This document shows, in pieces, positions 1 to 13,199 of a DNA stretch of 64,000 nt. The stretch lies in NCBI RefSeq assembly GCF_009914755.1, contig NC_060933.1. One strand, given 5' to 3'. Both the position numbers and the translations under genes were made by a program. This DNA comes from the human T2T-CHM13v2.0 reference genome, Homo sapiens. The notes under the pieces were generated by a model. It searched no databases, was not told the DNA's origin, and saw nothing but the letters and a program-made list of their open reading frames with translations. The stretch's first letter is position 1; each line of letters opens with the position of its first letter.

Positions 1-3000
1 GAATGGAATCAACTCGATTGGAATGGAATGGAATGGAATGGAATGGAATGGAATTAACCCGAATAGAATGGAATGGAATGGAATGGAACGGAACGGAACG
101 GAATGGAATGGAATGGAATGGAATGGAATGGAATGGAATGGAATGGAATGGAATGGAATGGAATCAACCCGACTGCAGGGGAATGGAGTGGAATGGAATG
201 CAATGGAATGGATTCAACTTGAATGGAATGGAAAGAATGGAATCAACACGAGTGGAATGGCATGGAATGGCATGGAATAGAATGGAATCAACCCGATTGC
301 AATGGAATGGAGTGGAATGGAATGGAATGGAATGGAAACAACCCGAATGGAATGGAATGTAATGGAGAGTAAGGGAATTGAATAGAATCAATACGAATGT
401 AATGGAATGGAATGGAACGGAATGGAATGCAATGGAATGGAATGGAATGCAATGGAATGGGATCAACCCGAGTGAAATGGAATGGAATCGAAAGGAATGG
501 AATGGAATGGAATGGTTTCAACCCGAATGAAATGGAAAGGAATGGAATCAACCCGAGTGGAATGGAATGGAATGGAATGGAATGGAATGGAATGGAATGG
601 GTTCAACTCGAATGGAATGGAAAGGAATGGAATCAACCCGAGTGGAATGGCATGGAATGGAATGGAATGGAATGGAATGGAATGGAAGGGAATGGAATGG
701 AATGGAATTAACCTGAACAGAATGGAAGGGAATGGAATGGAACGGAACGGAATGGAATGGAATGGAATGGAATGGAATGGAATGGAATGCAATGGAATGG
801 GATCAACCCGAGTACAGGGGAATGGAATGCAATGGAATGCAATGAAATGGAATCATCCGGAATGGAATGGAATGGAATGGAATGCAATCAATCAACCCGA
901 GTGCAATAGAATGCAGTGGAATGGAATGGAATGGTATGGAAACTACCCGAATGGAATAGAATGTAATGGAGTGTAAGGGAATTAAAAAGAATCAATCCGA
1001 ATGTAATGGAATTGAATGGAACGGAATGGAATGGAATGGAATGGAATGGAATGGAATGGAATGGAATTAACCCGAATAGAATGAAAAGGAATGGAATGGA
1101 ATGGAATGGAATGGAATGGAATGGAATGGAATGGAACGGAATAGAATGGAATGGAACGAAATGGAATGGAATGAAATGGAATGGAATGGAATGGAATGGA
1201 ATGGAATCAACCCGAGTGCAGGGGAATGGAATGGAATTTAAGGCAATGGAATGGAATCATATGGAATTGAATGGAATGGAATGGAATCAACTCGATTGCA
1301 ATGGAATGGAATGGAATGGAATGGAATGGAATGGAATGGAATGGAATGGAATGGAATTAACCCGAATAGAATGGAATTGAATGGAATGGAATGGATTGGA
1401 AGTAAATGGAATGGAATGTAATGAACCCGAGGGCAGGGGAATGGAATGGAATGGAATGCAATGGAATTGAGTCATCCGGAATGGAACAGAAAGGAATGGA
1501 ATGGAATCAACCCGTGTGCAATGGAATGGAAAGGAATGGAATGGAATGGAATGGAATGGAAAGGATTCAACCCGAATGGAATGGAAAGGAAGGGAATCAA
1601 CCCAAGTGGAATGGCATGGAATGGAATGGAATGGAATGGAATGGAATGGTACCGAATAGAATGGAATGGAACGAAATGGAATAGAATGGAATGGAATGGT
1701 ATGGAAACAACCCGAATGGAATGGAATGAAATGGACTGTAAGGGAATTGAATACAATCAATCCGAATGTAATGGAATGGAATGGAACGGAATGGAATGGA
1801 ATGGAATGGAATGCAGTGGAATGGAATCAAACCTAGTGCAATGGAATGGAATGGAATGGAATGGAATGGAATGGAATGGAATGGATTCAACCCAAATGGA
1901 ATGGAAAGCAATGGAATCAACGTGAGTGGAATGGCATGGAATGGAATGGAACGGAATGGAATGGAATGGAATGGAATGGAATGGAATGGTACGGAATAGA
2001 ATGGAATGGAACGAAATGGAATGGAATGGAATGGAATGGAACGGAAAGGAATGGAATCAACTCGATTGCAATGGAATGCAATGGAATGGAATGGAATGCA
2101 ATTAAAGCGAATAGAATGGAATGGAATGGAACGGAATGGAATGGAATGGAATGGAATGGAATCGAATGGAATCAACCTGAGTGCAGGGGAATGGAATGGA
2201 ATGGAATGCAATGGAATGTAATGGAATGGAATGCAATGGAAACAACTCGATTGCAATGGAATGGAATGGAATGGAATGGAAGGGAAAGGAATGGAATGGA
2301 ATTAACCTGAACAGAATGGAATGGAATGGAATGGAACGGAATGGAATGGAATGGATTCAACCCGAATGGAATGGAAAGGAATGGAATAAACCCGAGTGGA
2401 ATGCCATGGAATGGAATGGAATGGAATGGAATGGTACGGAATAGAATGGAATGGAACGAAATGGAATGGAATGGAATGGAATGGAATGGAATGGAATGCA
2501 ATCAACCTGAGTGCAATGGAATGGAATGGAATGGAATGGAACGGAATGGAAACAACCCGAATGGAATGGAATGTAATGGAGTGTAAGGAATTGAATACAA
2601 TCAATCCGAATGTAATGGAATGGAATGGAACGGAATGGAATGGAATGGAATGCAGTGGAATGGAATCAAACCTAGTGCAATGGAATGGAATGGAATGGAA
2701 TGGAATGCAATGGAATGGATTGGATTCAACCCAAATGGAATGGAAAGCAATAGAATCAACCCGAGTGGAATGGCATGGAATGGAATGGAATGGAATGGAA
2801 TGGAATGGTACGGAATAGAATGGAATGGATCGAAATGGAATGGAATGGAATGGAATGGAACGGAATGGAATGGAATCAACTCGATTGCAATGGAATGTAA
2901 TGGAATGGAATGGAATGGAATGGAATTAACGCGAATAGAATGGAATGGAATGGAATGGAAAGGAATGGGATGGAATGGAATCAATCTGAGTGCAGGGGAA

Positions 3001-6000
3001 TGGAATGGAATGGAATGCAATGGAATGGAATCATCCGGAATGGAATGGAATGGAATGGAATGGAATGGAATGGAATGGAATTAACCCGAATAGAATGGAA
3101 TGGAATGGAATGGAATGGAATGCAATGGAATGGAATCAACTCGATTTCAATGGAATGGAATGGAATGGAATGGAATGGAATGGAATGGAATGGAATAGAA
3201 TGGAATCCACCCGACTGCAGGGGAATGGAATGAAATAGAATGCAATGGAATGGAATCATACGGAATGGAATGGAATGGAATGGAATGGAATGGAAACAAC
3301 CCGAATGGAATGGAATGTGATGGAGTGTAAGGGAATTGAATAGAATCAATCCGAATGTAATGGAATTGAATGGAACGGAATGGAATGGAATGGAATGTAA
3401 TGGAATGGAATGGAATGCAATGGAATGGGATCAACCCGAGTGCAATGGAATGGAATCGAAAGGAATGGAATGGAATGGAAAGGCTTCACCCCGAATGGAA
3501 TGGAAAGGAATGGAATCAACCCGAGTGGAATGGAATGGAATGGAATGGAATGGAATGGAATGGAATGGAATGCAATGGAATGGAACGGAATGGAATCAAC
3601 CCGATTGCAATGAAATTGAATGGAATGGAATGGAATGGAATGGAATTAACCCGAATAGAATGGAATGGAATGGAATGGGATGGTATGGAATGGAATGGAA
3701 CGGAATGGAATGGAATGGAATTGAATGGAATCAACCCGGGTGCAGGGGAATGCAATTGAATGGAAGGCAATGGAATGCAATCATCCGGAATGGAATGGAA
3801 TGGAATGGAATGGAATGGAATGGTTTCAACCCGAATGGAATGGAATGGAATGGAATCAACCCGAGTGGAATGGCCTGGAATGGAATGGAATGGAATGGAA
3901 TGGAATGGAATGGAATGGAATGGAATGGTATGGAATAGAATGGAATGGAACGAAATGGAATGGAAGGGAATGGAATGGAATGGAATGGAATCAACCCGAC
4001 TGCAATGGAATGGAGTGGAATGGAATGGAATGGAATGGAAACAACCCGAATGGAATGGAATGTAATGGAGTGTAAGGGAATTGAATACAATCAATACGAA
4101 TGTAATGGAATGGAATGGAACGGAATGGAATGGAATGGAATGGAATGGAATGGAATGCAGTGGAATGGAATCAATCCTAGTGCAATGGAATGGAATGCAA
4201 TGGAATGGAATGGAATGGAATGGAATGGAATGGAATGGAATGGAATGGATTCAACCCAAATGGAATGGAAAGCAATGGAATCAACCCGAGTGGAATGGCA
4301 TGGAACGGAATGGAATGGAATGGTATGGAATAGAATGGAATGGAAAGAAATGGAATGGAATGGAATGGAATGGAACGGAGTGGAATGGAAAGGAATGGAA
4401 TGGAATGGAATGGAATAGAATGGAATGGAACGAAATGGAATGGAATGGAACAGAATGGAATGGAATCAATCAGAGTGGAATAGAAGGGAATGCATTCGAG
4501 TAGAATGGAAAGGAATGGAATCAACCAGAGTGGAATGGAAGGGAATGGAATGGAATGGAAACTAATAAAATGGAATCAACACGAGTGGAATGGAATGGAA
4601 AGGACTTGAATGGAATGGAATGGAATCAACTCGATTGCAATGGAATGTAATGGAATGGAATTGAATGGAATTAATGCGAATAGAATGGATTGGAATGGAA
4701 TGGAACGGAATGGAATGGAATGGAATGGAATGGAATCAAACTGAGTGCAGGGGAATGGAATGGAATGGAATGGAATAGAATGGAATGGAATGGAAGGGAA
4801 TGGAATGGAATGGAATTAACCTGAACAGAATGGAATGGAATGGAATGGAACGGAATGGAATGGAATGGAATGGAATGGAATGGAATCCACCCGAGTTGAG
4901 GGGAATGGAATGGAATGGAATGCAATGGAATGGAATCAATCAACCCGAGTGCAATAGAATGCAGTGGAATGGAATGGAATGGAATGGAAAGTACCCGAAT
5001 GGAATGGAATGTAATGGAGTGTAAGGGAATTAAAAAGAATCAATACGAATGTAATTGAATGGAATGGAACGGAATAGAATGGAATGGAATGGAATGGAAT
5101 GGAATGAAATGGAATGGCATGGAATGGAATGGAATCAACCCGAGTGCAATGGAATGGAATCGAATGGAATGGAAGGGAATGGAATGGATTGAACCCGAAT
5201 GGAATGGAAAGGAATGGAATAAACCCGAGTGGAATGGCATGGAATGGAATGGAATGGAATGGAATGGTACGGAATAGAATGGAAAAAAACGAAATGGAAT
5301 GGAATGGAATGGAATGGAATGAACCCGTGTGCAATGGAATGGAATGGAATGGAATGGAATGGAATGGAATGGGTTCAACTCGAAAGGAATGGAAAGGAAT
5401 GGAATCAACCCGAGTGGAATGGCATGGAATGGAATGGAATGGAATGGTATGGAATGGAATGGAATGGAATGGAATGGAATGGAATGGAATGAAATGGAAT
5501 GGAATGGAATGGAATGGAATGAACCCAAGTGTAATGTAATGGAATCGAATGGAATGGAATGGAATGGAATGGATTCAACCCAAATGGAATGGAAAGGAAT
5601 GGAATCAACCCGAGTGGAATGGCATGGAATGGACTGGAATGGAATGGAATGGAATGGAATGGTACGGAATAGAATGGAATGGAACGAAATGGAATGGAAT
5701 GGAATGGAATGGAATGGAATGGAATGGAATGGAATGAACCCGTGTGCAATGGAATGGAATCGAATGGAATGGAATGGAATGCAAAGGATACAACTCGAAT
5801 GGAATGGAAAGGAATGAAATCAACCCGAGTGGAATGGCATGGACTGGAATGGAATGGAATGGCATGGAATGGAATGGAATTGAATGGTACGGAATAGAAT
5901 CGAATGGAACGAAATGGAATGGAATGGAATGGAATGGAATGGAATGGAAACAACCCGAGTGCATGGTAATGGAATGGAATGGAAGGCAATGGAATGGAAT

Positions 6001-6540
6001 CATCCGGAATGGAATGGAATGGAATGGAATGGAATGGAATGGAATGGAATGGAATCAACTCGATTGCAATGGAATGGAATGGAATGGAATGGAATGGAAT
6101 GGAATTAACCCGGATAGAATCGAATGGAATGGAATGGAATGGAATGGAATGGAATGGAAGGGAATGGAATGTAATGGAATGGAATGGAATTAACCCGAAT
6201 AGAATGGAATGGAACGGAAAGGAAGGGAATGGAATGGAATGTAATCAACTCCAGTGCAGGGGAATGCAATGGAATGGAATGAAATGGAATGGAGTCATAC
6301 GGAATGGAAGGGAATGGAATGGAATCAACCAGAGTGCAATGGAATGGAGTGGAATGGAATGGAATACAATGGAAACAACACGAATGGAATAGAATGTAAT
6401 GGAGTGTAAGGGAATTGAATATAATCAATCCGAATGTAATGGAATGGAACGGAAAGGAATGGAATGGAATGGAATGGAATGGAATGAAATGGAATGGAAT
6501 GGAATGGAATGAAATGGAATGGCATGGAATGGAATGGAAT

Positions 6541-6965
6541 CAACCCGAGTTCAATGGAATTGAATGGAATGGAATGGAATGGAATGGAATGGAATGGAAT
6601 GGAATGGAATCAACTCGATTGCAATGGAATGGAATGGAATGGGATGGAATGGAATGGAATGGAATGGAATGGAATTAACCCTATTAGAATGGAATGGAAT
6701 GGAATGGAATGGAAAAGAATGGAATGGAAGGGAATGGAATGGAATGGAATGGAATGGAATTAACCCGAGTTCAATGGAATTGAATGGAATGGAATGGAAT
6801 GGAATGGAATGGAATCAACTCGATTGCAATGGAATGGAATGGAATGGGATGGAATGGAATGGAATGGAATGGAATGGAATGGAATTAACCCTAATAGAAT
6901 GGAATGGAATGGAATGGAATGGAATAGAATGGAATGGAAGGGAATGGAATGGAATGGAATGGAAT
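6541..6965 (+). repeat. Local tandem duplication, ~200-230-bp unit
   Basis: AACCCGAGTTCAATGGAATTG ... CTCGATTGC ... GGGATGG ... TTAACCCTA(T/A)TAG ... GGAAGGG occurs twice (6541, 6771). Also present in copy 2 at ~36077-36495. Confidence 0.85.
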
Positions 6966-8170
6966 TAACCCGAATAGAATGGAATGGAATGGAATGGAAT
7001 GGAATGGAATGGAATGGAATGGAATGGAATCAACTCGATTTCAATGGAATGGAATGCAATGGAATGGAATGCAATGGAAGGGAATGGAATGGAATGGAAT
7101 GAAATTAACCCGAATATAATGGAATGGAATGGAATGGAATGGAATGGAATGGAATAGAATGGAATGGAATGGATTCAACTCGAATGGAATGGAAGGGAAT
7201 GGAATCAACGCGAGTGGAATGGCATGGAATGGAATGGAATGGAATGGAATGGAAGTAAATGGAATGGAATGGAATGAACCCGAGTGCAGGGGAATGGAAT
7301 GGAAAGGAATGGAATGGAATGGAATGGAATGCAGTGGAATGGAATCAAACCTAGTGCAATTGAATGGAATGGAATGGAATGGAATGGAATGGAATGGAAT
7401 GGATTCAACCCAAATGGAATGGAAAGCAATGGAATCAACCCGAGTGGAATGGCATGGAATGGAATGGAATGGAATGGAATGGAATGGAATGGAATGGAAT
7501 GGAATGGTACGGAATAAAATGGAATGGAACGAAATGGAATGGAATGGAATGGAATGGAACGGAATGGAATGGAATCATTCCGAGTGGAATAGAAGGGAAT
7601 GAATTCGAGTGGAATGGAAAGGAATGGAATCAACCAGAGTGGAATGGAAGGGAATGGAATGGAATGGAAACTAATAAAATGGAATCAACACGAGTGGAAT
7701 GGAATGGAAAGGACTTGAATGGAATGGAATGGAATGGAATGGAATCAAGTCGATTGCAATGGAATGTAATGGAATGGAGTGGAATGGAATTAACGCGAAT
7801 AGAATGGAATGGAATGGAATGGAATGGAATGGAATGGAATGGAATCAACCTGAGTGCAGGGGAATGGAATGCAATGGAATGCAATGGAATGCAATGGAAT
7901 GGAATGGAATGGAATCAACGCGAGTGCAGGGGAATGGAATGTACTGGAATGCAATGGAATGGAATCTTCTGGAATGGAATGGAATGGAATGGAATCAACC
8001 CGAGTGCAATGGAATGGAGTGGAATGGAATGGAATGGAAGGGAATGGAACAACCCGAATAGAATCGAATGTAATGGAGAGTAAGGGAGTTGAAAAGAATC
8101 AATCCGAATGTAATGGAATGGAATGGAACGGAATGGAATTGAATGGTATGGAATGGAATGCAATGGAATG

Positions 8171-8485
8171 GAATCAACCCGAGTGCAATGGAATGGAGAG
8201 GAATGGAATGGAAACTACCCGAATGGAATGTAATGTAATGGAGTGTAAGGGAATTGAATAGAATCAATCCGAATGTAATGTAATGGAATGGAATGGAATG
8301 GAATGGAATGGAATGGAATGGAATGGAATACAATGGAATGGAATCAACCCGAGTGCAATGGAATGGAGAGGAATGGAATGGAAACTACCCGAATGGAATG
8401 TAATGTAATGGAGTGTAAGGGAATTGAATAGAATCAATCCGAATGTAATGTAATGGAATGGAATGGAATGGAATGGAATGGAATG
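8171..8485 (+). repeat. Local tandem duplication, ~170-bp unit
   Basis: GAATCAACCCGAGTGCAATGGAATGGAGAGG...AAACTACCCG...TAATGTAATGGAGTGTAAGG...CCGAATGTAATGTAATG at 8171 and 8341. Mirrored at ~37697/37862. Confidence 0.88.
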
Positions 8486-9189
8486 CAATGGAATGTAATG
8501 GAATGGAATGCAATGGAATCAACTCGACTGCAATGGGATGGAATGGAATGGAATGGAAGGGAAAGGAATAGAATGGAATTAACCTGAACAGAATGGAATG
8601 GAATGGAATGGAACGGAATGGAATGGAACGGAATGGAATGGAATGGAATGGAATGAACCCGTGTGCAATGGAATGGAATGGAATGGAATGGAATGGAATG
8701 GGTTCAACTCGAATGGAATGGAAAGGAATGGAATCAACACGAGTGGAATGGCATGGAATGGAATGGAATGGAATGGAATGGAATGGAATGGAATGGAATG
8801 GAATGAAATGTAATGTAATGGAATGGAATGGAATCAACCCGAGTGCAGTGTAATGGAATCGAATGGAATGGAATGGATTCAACACGAATGTAATGGAAAG
8901 GAATGGAATAAACCCGCGTGCAATGGCATGGAATGGAGTGGAATGGAATGAAATGTAAAGGAATGGAATGGAATGGAATCAACCCGAGTGCAATGTAATG
9001 GAATCGAATGGAATGGAATGGAATGGAATGGATTCAACCAGAATGGAATGGAAAGGAATGGAATAAACCCGAGTGGAATGGCATGGAATGGAGTGGAATG
9101 GAATGGAATGGAATGGTACGGAATAGAATGGAATGGAAGGAAATGGAATGGAATGGAATGGAATGGAATGGAATGGAATGGAATGGAAT

Positions 9190-12180
9190 GAACCCGTGTG
9201 CAATAGAATGGAATCGAATGGAATGGAATGGATTGGAATGGATTGAACTCGAATGGAATGGAAAGGAATGGAATCAACCCGAGTGGAATGGCATGGAATG
9301 GAATGGAATGGAATGGAATGGAATGGAATGGAATGGTACGGAATAGAATGGAAAGGAACGAAATGGAATGGAATGAAATGGAACGGAATGGAATGGAATG
9401 GAATGGAATCAACCCGAGTGCAGGGGAATGGAATGGAATTGAAGGCAATGGAATGGAATCATCCGGAATTGAATGGAATGGAATGGAATCAACTCGATTG
9501 CAATGGAATGGAATGGAATGGAATGGAATGGAATGGAATGGAATTAACCCGAATAGAATGGAATGGAATGGAATGGAAGTAAATGGAATGGAAGGTAATG
9601 AACCCGAGTGCAGGGCAATGGAATGGAATGGAATGGAATGCAATGGAATGGAGTCATCTGGAATGGAAAGGAGAGGAACGGAATGGAACCAACCCGTGTG
9701 CAATGGAATGGAAAGGAATGGAATGGAATGGAATGGAATGGAATGGAATGGATTCAACCCGAATGGAATGGAAAGGAAGGGAATCAACCCAAGTGGAATG
9801 GCATGGAATGGAATGGATTCGAATGGAATGGAATGGAATGGTACTGAATAGAATGGAATGGAAGGAAATGGAATAGAATGGAATGGAATGGAATGCAATC
9901 AACCCGAGTGCAATGGAATGGAGTGGAATGGATTGGAATGGAATGGAAACAACCTGAATGGAATGGAATGAAATGGAGTGTAAGGGAATTGAATACAATC
10001 AATCCGAATGTAATGGAATGGAATGGAATGGAACGGAATGGAATGGAATGGAATGGAATGCAGTGGAATGGAATCAAACCTAGTGCAATGGAATAGAATG
10101 GAATGGAATGGAATGGAATGGAATGGAATGGAATGGATTCAACCCAAATGGAATGGAAAGCCATGGAATCAACCCGAGTGGAATGGCATGGAATGGAATG
10201 GAATGGAATGGTACGGAATAGAATGCAATGGAACGAAATGGAATGGAATGGAATGGAATGGAATGGAATGGAATGGAATGCAATCATTCCGAGTGGAATA
10301 GAAGGGAATGAATTCGAGTGGAATGGAAAGGAATGGAATCAACCAGAGTGGAATGGAAGGGAATGGAATGGAATGGAAACTAATAAAATGGAATGAAAAC
10401 GAGTGGAATGGAATGGAAAGGACTGGAATGGAATGGAATGGAATGGAATGGAATGGAATGGAATGGAATCAACTCGATTGCTATGGAATGTAAGGGAATG
10501 GAATGGAATGGAATTAACCCGAATAGAATGGAATGGAATGGAATGGAATGGAATGGAATCAACCTGAGTGCAGGGGAATGGAATGCAATGGAATGCAATG
10601 CAATGGAATGGAATGCAATGGAATCAACTAGATTGCAATGGAATGGAATGGAATGGAATGGAATGGAATGGAATGGAATGAACCCGTGTGCAATAGAATG
10701 GAATCGAATGGAATGGAATGGATTGGAATGGATTGAAGTCGAATGGAATGGAAAGGAATGGAATCAACCCGAGTGGAATGGCATGGAATGGAATGGAATG
10801 GAATGGAATGGAATGGAATGGAATGGAATGGAATGGTACGGAATAGAATGGAAAGGAACGAAATGGAATGGAATGAAATGGAACGGAATGGAATGGAATG
10901 GAATGGAATCAACCCGAGTGCAGGGGAATGGAATGGAATTGAAGGCAATGGAATGGAATCATCCGGAATTGAATGGAATGGAATGGAATCAACTCGATTG
11001 CAATGGAATGGAATGGAATGGAATGGAATGGAATGGAATGGAATGGAATGGAATTAACCCGAATAGAATGGAATGGAATGGAATGGCAGTAAATGGAATG
11101 GAAGGTAATGAACCCGAGTGCAGGGCAATGGAATGGAATGGAATGGAATGCAATGGAATGGAGTCATCTGGAATGGAACGGAGAGGAACGGAATGGAACC
11201 AACCCGTGTGCAATGGAATGGAAAGGAATGGAATGGAATGGAATGGAATGGAATGGATTCAACCCGAATGGAATGGAAAGGAAGGGAATCAACCCAAGTG
11301 GAATGGCATGGAATGGAATGGATTGGAATGGAATGGAATGGAATGGTACCGAATAGAATGGAATGGAAGGAAATGGAATAGAATGGAATGGAATGGAATG
11401 CAATCAACCCGAGTGCAATGGAATGGAGTGGAATGGATTGGAATGGAATGGAAACAACCTGAATGGAATGGAATGAAATGGAGTGTAAGGGAATTGAATA
11501 CAATCAATCCGAATGTAATGGAATGGAATGGAATGGAACGGAATGGAATGGAATGGAATGGAATGCAGTGGAATGGAATCAAACCTAGTGCAATGGAATA
11601 GAATGGAATGGAATGGAATGGAATGGAATGGAATGGAATGGATTCAACCCAAATGGAATGGAAAGCCATGGAATCAACCCGAGTGGAATGGCATGGAATG
11701 GAATGGAATGGAATGGTACGGAATAGAATGCAATGGAACGAAATGGAATGGAATGGAATGGAATGGAATGGAATGGAATGGAATGCAATCATTCCGAGTG
11801 GAATAGAAGGGAATGAATTCGAGTGGAATGGAAAGGAATGGAATCAACCAGAGTGGAATGGAAGGGAATGGAATGCAATGGAAACTAATAAAATGGAATG
11901 AAAACGAGTGGAATGGAATGGAAAGGACTTGAATGGAATGGAATGGAATGGAATGGAATGGAATGGAATGGAATCAACTCGATTGCTATGGAATGTAAGG
12001 GAATGGAATGGAATGGAATTAACCCGAATAGAATGGAATGGAATGGAATGGAATGGAATGGAATGGAATCAACCTGAGTGCAGGGGAATGGAATGCAATG
12101 GAATGCAATGGAATGGAATGGAATGCAATGGAATCAACTAGATTGCAATGGAATGGAATGGAATGGAATGGAATGGAATG
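9190..12180 (+). repeat. Tandem dimer of a ~1.5-kb unit
   Basis: Units start GAACCCGTGTGCAATAGAAT at 9190 and 10680 and end after CAACTAGATTGC (~10625, ~12135). EcoRI sites at 10310 and 11815 are 1505 bp apart. ORFs 10023..10301 and 11528..11806 translate identically. Confidence 0.93.
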
Positions 12181-13199
12181 GAAGGGAATGGAATGGATTG
12201 GAATTAACCTGAACAGAATGGAATGGAATGGAATGGAATGGAATGCAATGGAATGGAACGGAATGGAATGGAATGGAATGGAATGGAATCAACCAGAGTG
12301 CAGGGGAATGCAATGGAATGGAATGCAATGGAATGGAATCATCCGGAATGGAATTGAATGGAATGGAATGCAATGGAATGGAATCAATCAACCCGAGTGC
12401 AATGCAATGGAGTGTAATGGAATCGAATGGAATGGAAACTACCCGAATGGAATGGAATGTAATGGAGTGTAAGGGAATTAAAAAGAATCAATCCGAATGT
12501 AATGGAATGGAATGGAACGGAATGAAATGGAATGGCATGGAATGGAATGGAATCAACCCGAGTGCAATGGAATGGAATTGAACTGAATGGAATGGAAAGG
12601 AATGGATTCAACCCGAATGGAATGGAAAGGAATGTAATAAACCCCAGTGGAATGGCATGGAATGGAATGAAATGGAGTGGAATGGAATGGAATGGAATGG
12701 AATGGTACGGAATAGAATGGAATGGAACGAAATGGAATAGAATGGAATGGAATGGAATGGAATGAAACCGTGAGCAATGGAATGGAATGGAATGGAATGG
12801 AATGGAATGGAATGGAATGGAATGGGTTCGACTCGAATGGAATGGAATGGAATGGAATCAACCCGAGTGGAATGGCATGGAATGGAATGGAATGGAATGG
12901 AATGGAATGGAATGGAATGGAAACAACACGAGTGCAATGTAATGGAATCGAATGGAATGGAATGGAATGGAATGGAATGGATTCAACCCGAATGGAATGG
13001 AAAGGAATGGAATAAACCCGAGTGGAATGGCATGGAATGGAGTCTAATGGATTGGAATGGAATGGAATGGTATGGAATAGAATGGAATGGAACGAAATGG
13101 AATGGAATGGAATGGAATGGAATGGAATGGAATGAAATGAACCCGTGTGCAATGGAATGGAATGGAATGGAATGGAATGGAATGGAATGGAATGGAATG

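Noticed and set aside
5281-5292. A7 run GGAAAAAAACG (also at 34851) as a retro-insertion tail
   Set aside because: It is only 7 A, in register with the pentamer, with no target-site duplication or element body. It is a substitution variant copied by the large duplication.
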